Source of the DNA: Planctomycetota bacterium
Lineage (GTDB): Bacteria > Planctomycetota > UBA8108 > SXIK01
Reading direction: 5' to 3'
DNA: 64,000 nt
Assembly: GCA_965223265.1 (NCBI GenBank)
Contig: OZ244999.1
Coordinates: 8,928,001 to 8,992,000, forward strand
Shown here: positions 20,019 to 29,863 of the stretch, in pieces
Layout: each line of letters begins with the position of its first letter
Numbering within the stretch: position 1 is the stretch's first letter
The notes under the pieces: generated by a model
The model's database searches: none
The model's input: only the letters and a program-made list of their open reading frames with translations
What the model was told of the DNA's origin: nothing
Program-made: the position numbers and the translations under genes

Positions 20019-21500
20019 TCACTTGCTCGTGAACGTCAGAATCTGGCAGCGATTGTAGGTGCGCGGGATCGACAGCGTTTGACCGTCGATTTTGATCTCG
20101 AGACGCTCGGGTGCGGCGCCGAAATCAGTGCGACGCACGAGGACACGATCCGCGAGCCGCAGCGCCGAGACGACCGGCTGCGGCGTGCTCGGGACGTCAA
20201 AAATGAGCGGCGTGCCGTGGTCGAGGAATTCGCGGTATTCGAGTGCCGCGGCGTACACCTCATGCGGTGGTTTGATCTCGGTCTCGAGTTCGCTCGTCGG
20301 GCACCACATGCAGAACGTGTCGTGGCCGCGCAAGAGAAGATGCCAGAGGAGCTCGCGATAGGCGCCGTCACTCATCGGCACGAGGTGGGCTGGAAGACCA
20401 TCGGGCGGCGGTGCGGTCGGCGTCCAGTGGACGAACGGAATGATGGGTGTTTTCTGGGGCGTGTGACGTGCCGCATTCGAGCCCACCAGAAGCAAGTTGT
20501 AGAACCATCGATAGTCGGTGTCGCTGAAGTCGTATGCAGCAAAGATTTGGTACCAAGTGTAGACGACCGGCATGGCGAACGTGTAGCCGCTCGGCTCGAA
20601 CTCGTGCGCCCACTGGCGATAGAACGAGTTCTGATCGACGATGCCCGGGACGCCGGCGCCGGGCGACACCGGTTTCTCGAAGTAGTCGTACCAGTAGCGG
20701 TAGCCGTTGTGGGGGTAGGCGCCATAGTTGCTGATCAGCGCGTCGGGAAAATAGCTCTGGATCGGTTCTACGAAGACTCGACGCTGCATGTCGGATCGTT
20801 CTCGACGCAGCGCCATTTGGAACTCGGTAAAACTTTCGATGTTCTCGATCTGCTCTCGACAGCGCTGGCACCGCTTCGAGTTTTTCCACCCGTCGTTCCA
20901 CTCAATAGGGCCGTCGATCTCCCAATCAGCGGACCAAAGATCGAGGCGAACTCCCTCTTCGACGTATCTCTTGAGAAACGGCTCCAGGCGCGCACGCATG
21001 GCGGCGTAGCGATCCTTCAGGGCGAACGGGCAACCCATCTTCGCGCCGCCGAAGGAGTCGTCGAAGAACTTCGCGCCATCTGCGTCGACGTGCGCAGTGG
21101 CCGGGGAACCGTCGCAAAAGCTATAGACTGCACCTGTCGCGTCGACGTTGACTCGTAGCCCGAGTCGCTGCTGAATCTTCCCGACGCGTGCGGCATAGGC
21201 GGGGCTTTCGGGATCGCCGGCGCGCCAATGCGAGAAGACACCAATGCCGCGATCTGCCAACGCGCGCAGCAGACGCTCGATTTCTACGTCATCATCGATG
21301 CCGCTCATGACGGCGGACCAGGCATAGAACGGCAAGCGATCGCCGCGGTCGTATTTCAGCGGCGACGTCTGGCTGATGATGCGCTCGAGGAGCGGCTTCG
21401 ATCCTTGGGCCACGAGCGGCCGCGTCCAGCTCGTATAAAGGCTGCTGACCAGAACGGCGGGAAACATGAAGGTGGCGAGCAATCTCTTGGCGGCGGTCAT
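20019..21500 (-). CDS. Secreted hypothetical protein, possibly glycoside-hydrolase-like barrel
   Basis: 493 aa with signal peptide, rich in aromatic residues, DWEIDGP motif. Family not recognised. Confidence 0.65.
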   Translation of the reverse strand: MTAAKRLLATFMFPAVLVSSLYTSWTRPLVAQGSKPLLERIISQTSPLKYDRGDRLPFYAWSAVMSGIDDDVEIERLLRALADRGIGVFSHWRAGDPESPAYAARVGKIQQRLGLRVNVDATGAVYSFCDGSPATAHVDADGAKFFDDSFGGAKMGCPFALKDRYAAMRARLEPFLKRYVEEGVRLDLWSADWEIDGPIEWNDGWKNSKRCQRCREQIENIESFTEFQMALRRERSDMQRRVFVEPIQSYFPDALISNYGAYPHNGYRYWYDYFEKPVSPGAGVPGIVDQNSFYRQWAHEFEPSGYTFAMPVVYTWYQIFAAYDFSDTDYRWFYNLLLVGSNAARHTPQKTPIIPFVHWTPTAPPPDGLPAHLVPMSDGAYRELLWHLLLRGHDTFCMWCPTSELETEIKPPHEVYAAALEYREFLDHGTPLIFDVPSTPQPVVSALRLADRVLVRRTDFGAAPERLEIKIDGQTLSIPRTYNRCQILTFTSK

Positions 21501-21815
21501 AGTCTTTTTAGTCTTTCTTCAGCTCACTCCCCAAACGCTACAGAAGAGTGATGGCGAAGGAACCGCTCACACGGCGGCTAGGAAGCTGTCGGCGAGCTTC
21601 GAACGTCTGTTATCGGTCTGCTGGTCTGTGTCAGGGCGACAGCGCCCCGACGCCTCTTCAGCCTAAACTCGTCGACACCGAAATTGGAATGTCGAGTCCG
21701 CGTTTGTCGCGAGTTTTCCCACAGCCCACGACGGAGAGCGGAAACGAATCAAGAGCGCCGCACAGAGGCGTCACTTTTTGAAGGCTCCATTTGACGGAGC
21801 GTAGCTCCGGCACAG

Positions 21816-23531
21816 ATGAGCAACGAACACACTGAGAGAAGCGCAGTCCGCGAAGCGCAACCATTCCGCGTTTTCTTGAGGCGTGTCTGGGAACGCGGTT
21901 TTTCGCTCGATCTTCGAGCTCTTGCCGCGTTTCGAATTGGCGTCGGGTTTTTACTTCTGTGGAACTTGGGCGCGCGCTCTCTATGGCTTCGCGCGCACTA
22001 CACGGACGCCGGCATCCTGCCGCGCTCGTTTCTAATCGAGCACGACCCCAATAAGTGGGCAACGTCACTCTTTTTTGCCAACGGCTCCGCCGGCTTCGCC
22101 GCCTTTCTGTTCGTATTTCACACAATTGCGGCAGTCGCGCTTCTTCTCGGCTACCGAACCCGAGTTGCGACGTTCTTGAACTGGCTGCTTCTTCTGTCGC
22201 TCCACAACCGCAACCCCTGGATTTGCCAAGGCGGTGATTTCATTCTGCACCTCCTTCTCTTCTGGGGCTTCTTCCTCCCACTCGGCGCCCGCGCTTCGCT
22301 CGACGCTCTTCGCGGCGGACTCGCACGTGAGCGTCACGTGTGCAACGTCGCATCAGCCGCGCTGATACTGCAGATCGTGTTTATCTACGTCTTCACCGGC
22401 CTCATGAAAACTGGAGATTTCTGGCGCAACGACGGCACTGCAATTGAGTACGCGCTGCGCTACGAACACTTCACAGGTCCACTCGGCAAGTGGCTTCTGA
22501 ATTACCCAGACTTGCTCAAGCCTCTGACGCATTCGGTGCTCTGGATGGAGATCTTCGGGCCGGTTTTACTCTTTATGCCCTTTGCTTTCGTGCCGCTGCG
22601 CATCGTAGGCATCTTGCTGTTCCTAGGGTTCCACCTCGGTTTGGCGCTGACGATGGAGCTTGGTCTTTTTCCGTACATCTGTGCCGTCGCCTGGCTTGCT
22701 CTTCTGCCTTCGACAGTTTGGGAAGGCCTAGGCCGCTGCTCAGCAAGGAGTCGACTCTACGGCGTGTGCGTTGAGCTACTGCGCGCTGCAAACACTCCCC
22801 AGCGGCCGCGCGAGCCTTCGTCGTCAAAACGTCGTTCCGCGCCTCTGGCGTGTGCGCTCACTCCGCGCTGGGTCAATCCCGTCGCCGGTGTATTCCTCCT
22901 TTTCATCTTTCTCCTCAACGTGCGTTCGTTGCCGGAGTTCAGGCACTCGGGCCTCGCCGCAATGTTGCAACCGTTTGAGTTCGTGGCCAAGGGTCTCCGC
23001 GTCTCTCAGGACTGGATCATGTTCGCCCCCAATCCTCAAGTAGAGGCGGGATGGTTCGTCATGCGAGGCGAGCTCGGGGACGGATCCGAGGTGGATCTCT
23101 ATCGAGCGATCGTTCTGGATCGCGACGTGGGCATCGATTGGAGCGAACCTGTATTGGTCTCGGCGATGTATCCGACGCAGCGCTGGCGCAAGTGTCTCCT
23201 TCAGATGTATCGCTACGATCACCGCCGGGCTGTCTTGCCGTACCTTGCGAGTTGGCTGCGGCGCGAATGGTATCGTCGCCAATGGGCACGGCACGGTTTC
23301 GACGATGAGGCGAGCTGGAGGCTTAGGTCGATGGACATCCACTACATGCTACGATTGACGAGGCTTGGCGCAGAGCCTTATCGGAAGCCTCTTCTCCTCT
23401 ATCGTTGGGAGAAAGAAGGAGAAGAATGCTGGTACGGACGTGCGCACACAGATCCGCTCTGGCTCGAGGCGATCAGCCATGTGGGCGCCCAAGATACCGC
23501 GGCGGTGTCGGAACCGCAGACCGGGGAATGA
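21816..23531 (+). CDS. HTTM-domain membrane protein
   Basis: DLRALAAFRIG, SLHNRNP...GGD, QIVFIYVFTGLMK...W.DGTA, FHLGL and QDWIMFAP motifs. Confidence 0.85.
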   Translation: MSNEHTERSAVREAQPFRVFLRRVWERGFSLDLRALAAFRIGVGFLLLWNLGARSLWLRAHYTDAGILPRSFLIEHDPNKWATSLFFANGSAGFAAFLFVFHTIAAVALLLGYRTRVATFLNWLLLLSLHNRNPWICQGGDFILHLLLFWGFFLPLGARASLDALRGGLARERHVCNVASAALILQIVFIYVFTGLMKTGDFWRNDGTAIEYALRYEHFTGPLGKWLLNYPDLLKPLTHSVLWMEIFGPVLLFMPFAFVPLRIVGILLFLGFHLGLALTMELGLFPYICAVAWLALLPSTVWEGLGRCSARSRLYGVCVELLRAANTPQRPREPSSSKRRSAPLACALTPRWVNPVAGVFLLFIFLLNVRSLPEFRHSGLAAMLQPFEFVAKGLRVSQDWIMFAPNPQVEAGWFVMRGELGDGSEVDLYRAIVLDRDVGIDWSEPVLVSAMYPTQRWRKCLLQMYRYDHRRAVLPYLASWLRREWYRRQWARHGFDDEASWRLRSMDIHYMLRLTRLGAEPYRKPLLLYRWEKEGEECWYGRAHTDPLWLEAISHVGAQDTAAVSEPQTGE

Positions 23532-23551
23532 CTGCTAACCGGTGAACCAGG

Positions 23552-24598
23552 GTGGGTGAGTTCACTTTCGCGGTGCCCGGACCGATAAGAAACATCATGA
23601 GCGCGAAAGTGATCCCGAACGAGCCAACTGCAACTATGGGCTGTGCGCACCGGCGTCTGTTCACGGTGTCGGCGCGCGCGGGGCTGCGCTGCTTTCTAAC
23701 TGTCCTGGCGCCACGTGGCGGGAGGATTCTCCTGCCGGCCTATGTCGGCTACACGGAACGTGAAGGCTCGGGTGTGCTCGACCCGGTTCGGGAAGCGGGA
23801 TACTCCTTCGAGTTCTACCGCGTCGGTGAAGACCTCGCCGCGGACCTCGTCGACTTGGAGGCCAGAATTCAAGTCGGAAAGAACCAGGGGTACTCATTCA
23901 CCGCGATTCTGGTGGTTCACTACTTCGGTTTCCCCGAGCCGAAGTTGGCAACGTTGAGTGAGCTGTCGCGCCAATTCGGGGTAGTCATCATCGAGGATTG
24001 CGCCCACTGTTTGCCGTTGAGCGCCCATGTCGCGCGCGAAGGTGCTATCGGTCATGTCGGCGCGGCGAGCGTCTACGCGCTCCACAAGATCCTACCGGTC
24101 GAGTCCGGCGGCATTTTGCAGGTGAACGACCCGACTCTCCCCCTACCCACCCTCGAGGAGCGAGATCGCATCTCGCCCGCGGCGCTCGAAGTCTTCGCCA
24201 ACGCCGACTGGCGTGCGATCGCACAGAGACGTCATGACAACGCCGCGCTGCTTCTCGACCGACTAAGAAACGTATCGGGAATCCGCCCACTGGTCGCGGA
24301 AATCTCCACCGACAGCGCGCCCATGAACTTGCCGATCGTGGTTGCCGAGGCATCGCGTCACGATGTCTACATGGAGCTACGCCGGCGTGGCATCGAGGCG
24401 ACTGCGCTCTACTATCGACTCGTCGACGAGCTCGTCCGTGAGCGTTTCCCGGCGGGATTTGTTACCTCAGAGCGGATTCTCAATCTGCCTGTGCATCAAG
24501 ATCTTTCGGGTGCAGACATGGAGCGCATCGCAGCAGAGTTGAATGAGGCGGTGCTCACTTCTGGAAGAGTTGTGTCGCACGCGCTCGAACAGGACTGA
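23552..24598 (+). CDS. DegT/DnrJ/EryC1/StrS-like PLP-dependent enzyme
   Basis: VHYFGF, IIEDCAH, ALHKILP and ILNLPVHQ motifs. Confidence 0.85.
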   Translation: MGEFTFAVPGPIRNIMSAKVIPNEPTATMGCAHRRLFTVSARAGLRCFLTVLAPRGGRILLPAYVGYTEREGSGVLDPVREAGYSFEFYRVGEDLAADLVDLEARIQVGKNQGYSFTAILVVHYFGFPEPKLATLSELSRQFGVVIIEDCAHCLPLSAHVAREGAIGHVGAASVYALHKILPVESGGILQVNDPTLPLPTLEERDRISPAALEVFANADWRAIAQRRHDNAALLLDRLRNVSGIRPLVAEISTDSAPMNLPIVVAEASRHDVYMELRRRGIEATALYYRLVDELVRERFPAGFVTSERILNLPVHQDLSGADMERIAAELNEAVLTSGRVVSHALEQD

Positions 24599-24605
24599 CT
24601 CCACC

Positions 24606-25367
24606 ATGGTGAATTGGCAGAGTTTTTGGAATAGCTATCCAACGGGTGCGCGAGGAGGCGATCCTTTAGCGCAAGTGGGGAAGACGGTTGCCGGCGTGCC
24701 GATTTCGCCTGCACAACTCGAGACCATCGTTACGAGCGTACGCGACGGTCTTGATCTGCGCTCCGACGACGTCCTTCTCGACCTCTGCTGCGGCAACGGC
24801 GTTGTCACCCGACGTCTCGCTGAGCATTGCCGTCACGTCGTCGGTGTTGACTTTTCGACACCCTTGATCGAGTCGGCGAAGCGGCAAAACAGTGTGGAGA
24901 ATGTCGAGTTCGTCCAGTTGGACGCCCGCGCTCTCGGAACTCTGCGCCCGCACGCTGCCGGTGCGTTCACGAAGGTGCTTTGCTACGAAGCGCTCGCTTT
25001 CTTCGATCGCAAGGAGTGCGAACAGCTGCTGGCCGACGCTCTCAAACTGTGCGTGCCGGAGCCAGGTCTCTTCATCGGCAGCGTGCTCGATCGCCGCCGC
25101 CGTGGAAACTTCTTCAACACACTGCGACGCAAGTGCCTCTACTGGATTCGAATCCGCCTCTTGCGTCGCGAGGTCGGATTGGGACGCTGGTGGACGCCCG
25201 AGGAACTGGCCGCTATTGGTGCGCGCTTCGGTTTTCGCTGCGAGGTGCTCGACCAAGATCCGACGGTGCATACGGCGCATTACCGATTCGATATGCGCCT
25301 TCGTATGCGCCAGCAACTGGCGACGACGACCGTCACGGAGCAACCACCTGAAGGGGTCGCGACCTAG
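24606..25367 (+). CDS. Class I SAM-dependent methyltransferase
   Basis: LLDLCCGNG and VGVDFS motifs. Confidence 0.88.
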   Translation: MVNWQSFWNSYPTGARGGDPLAQVGKTVAGVPISPAQLETIVTSVRDGLDLRSDDVLLDLCCGNGVVTRRLAEHCRHVVGVDFSTPLIESAKRQNSVENVEFVQLDARALGTLRPHAAGAFTKVLCYEALAFFDRKECEQLLADALKLCVPEPGLFIGSVLDRRRRGNFFNTLRRKCLYWIRIRLLRREVGLGRWWTPEELAAIGARFGFRCEVLDQDPTVHTAHYRFDMRLRMRQQLATTTVTEQPPEGVAT

Positions 25368-25413
25368 ACTGCCCGGAAACCTCCGCAATGCGAAGAACCC
25401 GACAGGATTTTCC

Positions 25414-26271
25414 ATGGACATGATGGCCCACGAAAGCCAGTTCGCGGCGCAGCCCCTGAGCCTTGAGCGAGTCGTTGGCGTTTTTGGGATGCCGCGATCT
25501 GGAACGAGCTGGATTGGACAGATCTTTGACAGCCATCCACGCGTCGCGTTCCGTCTCGATCCACTCTTCTCTTACGCCTTTAAGAATCAGCTGGACGCGA
25601 ACTCGTGCGCCGGCTCCATCCGCGATTTCTTTGCAGCGGTCCATAACTCAGACGATGACTTTCTTCTGCAGACCGAGCGCCGCCGCGAGGGCATCTATCC
25701 AACGTTCACCAAAATCGACGTACCTGACACTCTCGTCTTCAAAACGACACGCTTCCATCATCTACTGGAGCCTTTGCTCCAGCGGTCTCGTGAACTGGTG
25801 ATTGTCGCCATCGTGCGCCATCCGTGTGGTGCAATCTGTTCTTGGCTGGAGACACCTCGCGAGTTTCCATCGACCGCCGATCCGAGCGTCGAATGGCGAA
25901 CGGGCCGGTGTCGAAAGACAGCGGACGAAGAGTTCTGGGGTTTCGACGATTGGAAGAGCGTGACGCTCCGGCACCTCGAACTTGAATCACGCCACCCCGA
26001 GCGCTTCGCGATCGTGCGTTACGAGAAACTCGTCGCCAGTGCGGAGGCGGAGACCGAGCGCTTCTTTCGTTTCTGCGGCCTCGAGCTGTCCGACCAGACC
26101 CGCGACTTCTTGCAGGCGTCTCACGCCTCACACAACAGCGACTCCTATTCGGTGTTTAAGAGTCCGTCAGTCGTCGACCGCTGGCGGGAGCGTTTGCCAC
26201 CGCGCATCCAAGAAGAGATCTTGTCGGAGGTGCAGGGGACGGCGTTGGAGCGGTTTATCGCTGATGAGTGA
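25414..26271 (+). CDS. Sulfotransferase family protein
   Basis: PAPS-binding motifs GMPRSGTSW and IVRHPCGAICS; VRYEKLV. Confidence 0.88.
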   Translation: MDMMAHESQFAAQPLSLERVVGVFGMPRSGTSWIGQIFDSHPRVAFRLDPLFSYAFKNQLDANSCAGSIRDFFAAVHNSDDDFLLQTERRREGIYPTFTKIDVPDTLVFKTTRFHHLLEPLLQRSRELVIVAIVRHPCGAICSWLETPREFPSTADPSVEWRTGRCRKTADEEFWGFDDWKSVTLRHLELESRHPERFAIVRYEKLVASAEAETERFFRFCGLELSDQTRDFLQASHASHNSDSYSVFKSPSVVDRWRERLPPRIQEEILSEVQGTALERFIADE

Positions 26272-26295
26272 TGGTAGTGGTGTGGGGGTAAGGAA

Positions 26296-26424
26296 GATTC
26301 AGAGACGGAGGCAGATTCAGATTCAGATTCAGATTCGGAGTCAGATTCAGATTCAGATTCAGATTCAGATTCAGATTCGGAGTCAGAGACAGATTAGACA
26401 GATTCAGATTCGGAGTCGGAATCA
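26296..26424. repeat. Hexamer tract (GATTCA)n with GAGTCA/GAGACA/GATTCG variants
   Basis: 6-bp periodicity is directly visible just after the sulfotransferase stop. Confidence 0.95.
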
Positions 26425-26446
26425 ACCTCTGAGCCCAGGTACGCCC

Positions 26447-26512
26447 GCCCACGCCCACGCAAACGCAAACGCAAACGCAAACGCAAACGCAAACGCAAAC
26501 GCAAACGCAAAC
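26447..26512. repeat. Hexamer tract (GCCCAC)2(GCAAAC)9
   Basis: Perfect tandem units, counted by eye. Confidence 0.95.
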
Positions 26513-26540
26513 CGGCGCGTCGGCGGCGCTCGAGCCGAAG

Positions 26541-26641
26541 GCAGAGAAGAGCTCTGCTGCTCCGGGCGTGCGTGCGGCGGCGATTTTGTCGATCGTAACC
26601 GAAGCAGAGCCGGCCTCAAGGGTGCCCTGGCGCCGCTCGGC
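26541..26641 (+). repeat. Truncated, gene-less copy of the four-helix-bundle leader
   Basis: 26594-26628 is identical (35 nt) to 50388-50422. Similarity extends upstream to gcagagaagag. Confidence 0.9.
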
Positions 26642-26648
26642 CTGGTTC

Positions 26649-27392
26649 CTACCTGCAGTTTGCGCCTGTGGACACGGGCGTCGCAGTCTCCAGCTCGACT
26701 TGCGCTAGCATGCTGCGAATCGTTTCCGGCGCGTTGAACATTAAGGCGTCGAGGATTGAGAGCCCGGGGATGAAGTCGTCCCGGCGCTGCGAGTATGCCG
26801 GTAGTGGGGAGCGCAGGAAGGTGAGGGGGATGGTGGCGCGCGCGAAAGCCTCAGCGTCGAAGATCTCTTTGCCGCCAGGAGGATTGAGATACTCAGAAGC
26901 GCCGAGTGCTTTGGAGATCTCCAGTGCCCAGTCGCCAGGATGGTGGATTTCGCCAAGCGACAGATCCATCTCAGAAAAGAACTCGTAACGAAACTCCACG
27001 CCGAGGTATTGAAACGTCGTCGCGAGCACACGCGCGTTCAAGCGTGCGAGGCTGGGTTCCTCGAGGTCCAGAGCGGCGTGAAGGCACTCGACGACGTCGT
27101 CGTAGTAGCGGGCGCGTTTTTTATAGTGAGTCAGCTGCCCGAAGAGTCTGCGGCGCCACTCACTCGAATCGTCAATGACGATGTCGCGAATCGCCGTCTC
27201 CCGCGGCTGCTTGCGCACCGGAACCGTGACATACTGCCAGCCCTCCCGAGGTTTCAGGATGCGGTTCCGATTGATCCAGCCATGGCGGATGTACTGGACA
27301 GTGTCGAAGAAAACCCAACGATCCACGTAGTGAGCGAGTGCGTAGTAGCCGAGGTATGGGGCGAAGTACGGCTGCATCACCGCGAGCTTCAC
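26649..27392 (-). CDS. wbqC: WbqC family protein
   Basis: MQPYFAPYLGYY, DTVQY..GWINRNRI, YLNPPGG and PGLSILDAL motifs. Confidence 0.9.
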   Translation of the reverse strand: MKLAVMQPYFAPYLGYYALAHYVDRWVFFDTVQYIRHGWINRNRILKPREGWQYVTVPVRKQPRETAIRDIVIDDSSEWRRRLFGQLTHYKKRARYYDDVVECLHAALDLEEPSLARLNARVLATTFQYLGVEFRYEFFSEMDLSLGEIHHPGDWALEISKALGASEYLNPPGGKEIFDAEAFARATIPLTFLRSPLPAYSQRRDDFIPGLSILDALMFNAPETIRSMLAQVELETATPVSTGANCR

Positions 27393-27698
27393 ATGGACCT
27401 CCCTGCTGCAGTTCCTGCGCTACGGCAGAATCTTCGCGACCCGTGTCGACGGTGCCAATACTCGGCGGTTGCGTCCGATAACTCGGCTCGAGCCTTGCCG
27501 GCGTCAGGCCACGTCTCACCGGGTCTCATTGAACCTCCGCGACCTCATCGTCCGAAGAAGATGAGTGCCGCGACGAGAGACTTCTCGCTTACTCGGACGA
27601 ATGACGCTTCGTCTTGAGGCCGCCTCGACGAGCTTCGTCGCGCAGGATCACAGCAGTGCGAACTCGACAAGGTGTTCACGAAGAGGATCGCGCAGAGG

Positions 27699-28553
27699 AT
27701 GGCGCACGACCCACAACCGCAGATCGCCCGATCGCTGACCCTGATTCAGCCAGCGAACCGGTGGAAGTTGTTCGACTTGCGTCAGATTTGGCGCCATCGC
27801 GATCTTCTCTGGATACTCGCCGTGCGTGATATCAAAGTGCGCTACAAGCAAACCGTCGTCGGGGCGATTTGGGCGCTGCTGCAGCCACTTCTCATGATGG
27901 TAATCTTCGCCAGTCTGTTTCACCTGCTGGGCCGGGTGCCAGCGTCAGGGGATGTTCCCTACGCACTAACTCTCTTCTGCGCGCTCCTCCCCTGGCAGCT
28001 CTTCTCGTCGGCAGTGACGCAAGTGAGCGATAGTCTCGTCACAAATCAGAACCTGGTCACCAAGGTCTACTTTCCGCGACTCATTCTCGTTCTCGCGCCC
28101 GCGCTTGCCTGCCTGGTCGATTTCGCAATCGCTTTCGCGCTGCTGATCGCCCTCCTTCTGATCTGGGGCATCACGCCGAGCGCGATGGTTCTAACGTTGC
28201 CGCTCTTTGTTCTCTTTGCGCTTTGCACTGCGCTGTCGATTGGTATCTGGCTGGCCGCACTGAACGCGCTCTACCGAGACTTTCGCTACGTGCTGCCGTT
28301 TCTGATTCAGATCGGGTTCTTTCTCAGCCCCGTAGTCTTTGAGACGGCGAGTCTCATCCCTCCCGAGTGGCACCCTGTCTACAGTCTCAATCCGCTCGTG
28401 GGTGTGATTGAAGGTTTCCGTTGGGCGCTTCTCGGTCACAGCGAGCCGCCACTCGTGCCTCTGATGATCTCCTTCGCTGTGGTCTGTTCGCTCCTCTACG
28501 GCGGTCTTCTGTACTTTCGACGCATGGAGCGTACCTTCGCAGACTGGATCTGA
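27699..28553 (+). CDS. wzm: Polysaccharide ABC transporter permease
   Basis: RDIKVRYKQTVVGAIWALLQPL, KVYFPRL and LNPL..VIEGFRWALLG motifs. Confidence 0.92.
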   Translation: MAHDPQPQIARSLTLIQPANRWKLFDLRQIWRHRDLLWILAVRDIKVRYKQTVVGAIWALLQPLLMMVIFASLFHLLGRVPASGDVPYALTLFCALLPWQLFSSAVTQVSDSLVTNQNLVTKVYFPRLILVLAPALACLVDFAIAFALLIALLLIWGITPSAMVLTLPLFVLFALCTALSIGIWLAALNALYRDFRYVLPFLIQIGFFLSPVVFETASLIPPEWHPVYSLNPLVGVIEGFRWALLGHSEPPLVPLMISFAVVCSLLYGGLLYFRRMERTFADWI

Positions 28554-29863
28554 TGGCAAACGAACTCGCCATACAAGCTGAAGGGCTCGGGAAACGCTAC
28601 GCACTCGGAGCGAGAGCCTCCTACCACCGGTTTTCTGAGCTGCTCAGTCACGCGGCGCGGCGACCTTTCCGCTGTTTGGGTCGACGTGGCGCCGCCGACC
28701 ACTCGGTGGCTGACGCGCCGCGCGAGACCTGGGCCCTCAAGGATGCGAGCTTCGACGTGGGGCATGGAGAGGTCGTCGGAATCGTCGGGCGCAACGGCGC
28801 TGGCAAGAGCACTCTCCTCAAGATCCTATCGCGCATCACTGCTCCAACGTGTGGGGAGGCGAGGATCTACGGTCGCGTCGGATCGCTTCTCGAGGTGGGG
28901 ACAGGATTCCATCCGGAGCTCACGGGTCGCGAGAACATCTTTCTGAATGGAGCCGTACTTGGAATGACGCGGTCGGAGATTCGGCGAAAGTTCGATGAGA
29001 TCGTCGCTTTCTCCGAAGTCGAGAGATTCCTCGACACTCCGATCAAGCGCTACTCGTCAGGCATGTACATGCGGCTTGCGTTTGCTGTCGCCGCACATCT
29101 TGAACCAGAGATTTTGATCGTCGACGAGGTCCTTGCAGTTGGTGACGCTGCGTTTCAGAAGAAATGCCTTGGCAAGATGGGAGACTTTGCAGAATCCGGG
29201 AGAACGGTGCTTTTTGTCAGCCACAACATGACAGCGGTCCAGGATCTGTGCCCGCGCACGATCCTCCTTGATGAAGGCAGAGTCGAGCGCCAAGGTCCCA
29301 CGGCGGAGGTGGTTGAACACTACCTCAAAAAGGTTCAGGGCGCCGTTCGGCGACAGGTTTGGGACGACGTGGCGACGGCGCCGGGCAACGACACTGTGCG
29401 ACTTCGCAGCGTGGAGTTGCGCACGGCAGCTGGGTCGCGTGACGTCGTCACGACGACGACCCCGATCGAACTTGTCTTCGAGTACTGGAACTTACAGCCC
29501 GGAGCCCGACTCAACCTGTCACTGACAGTTTTCGCGAAAGGTGGTGTTCTGGCGTTCAAGACCGGTCCGACCTTCGAGGCGGTATGGCATGGCAAGCCAT
29601 TCCCTGGCGGGCTGTTTCGCAGTGTTTGCCATATTCCCGGCAACCTCCTCAACGATGGGCGTCACTCTGTGACGCTCGTTGTGGCGCTCAATCAGCATGA
29701 GCTCATGCTGCGCCTGGAGAATGTGCTCGTCTTCGACGTCGTCGACGACGGCTCGACTCGCGGTGAGTGGCACGGTGATATTGCGGGGGCCGTGCGACCG
29801 ATTCTTGACTGGGAGACGGACCACGTCGAAGAGGGGGTGATGGTCCACGGAGGGCGGGAGTGA
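28553..29863 (+). CDS. wzt: Polysaccharide ABC transporter ATP-binding protein with C-terminal Wzt domain
   Basis: GRNGAGKST, YSSGM and DEVLAVGD motifs. TGATG overlap with wzm. Confidence 0.93.
   Translation: MANELAIQAEGLGKRYALGARASYHRFSELLSHAARRPFRCLGRRGAADHSVADAPRETWALKDASFDVGHGEVVGIVGRNGAGKSTLLKILSRITAPTCGEARIYGRVGSLLEVGTGFHPELTGRENIFLNGAVLGMTRSEIRRKFDEIVAFSEVERFLDTPIKRYSSGMYMRLAFAVAAHLEPEILIVDEVLAVGDAAFQKKCLGKMGDFAESGRTVLFVSHNMTAVQDLCPRTILLDEGRVERQGPTAEVVEHYLKKVQGAVRRQVWDDVATAPGNDTVRLRSVELRTAAGSRDVVTTTTPIELVFEYWNLQPGARLNLSLTVFAKGGVLAFKTGPTFEAVWHGKPFPGGLFRSVCHIPGNLLNDGRHSVTLVVALNQHELMLRLENVLVFDVVDDGSTRGEWHGDIAGAVRPILDWETDHVEEGVMVHGGRE

Noticed and set aside
25982-26737. ORF with QIQIQI and ANANAN runs (also the RGRG/LCLC ORFs near 63.3 kb)
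   Set aside because: These are stop-free frames produced by hexamer repeats and overlap real genes.
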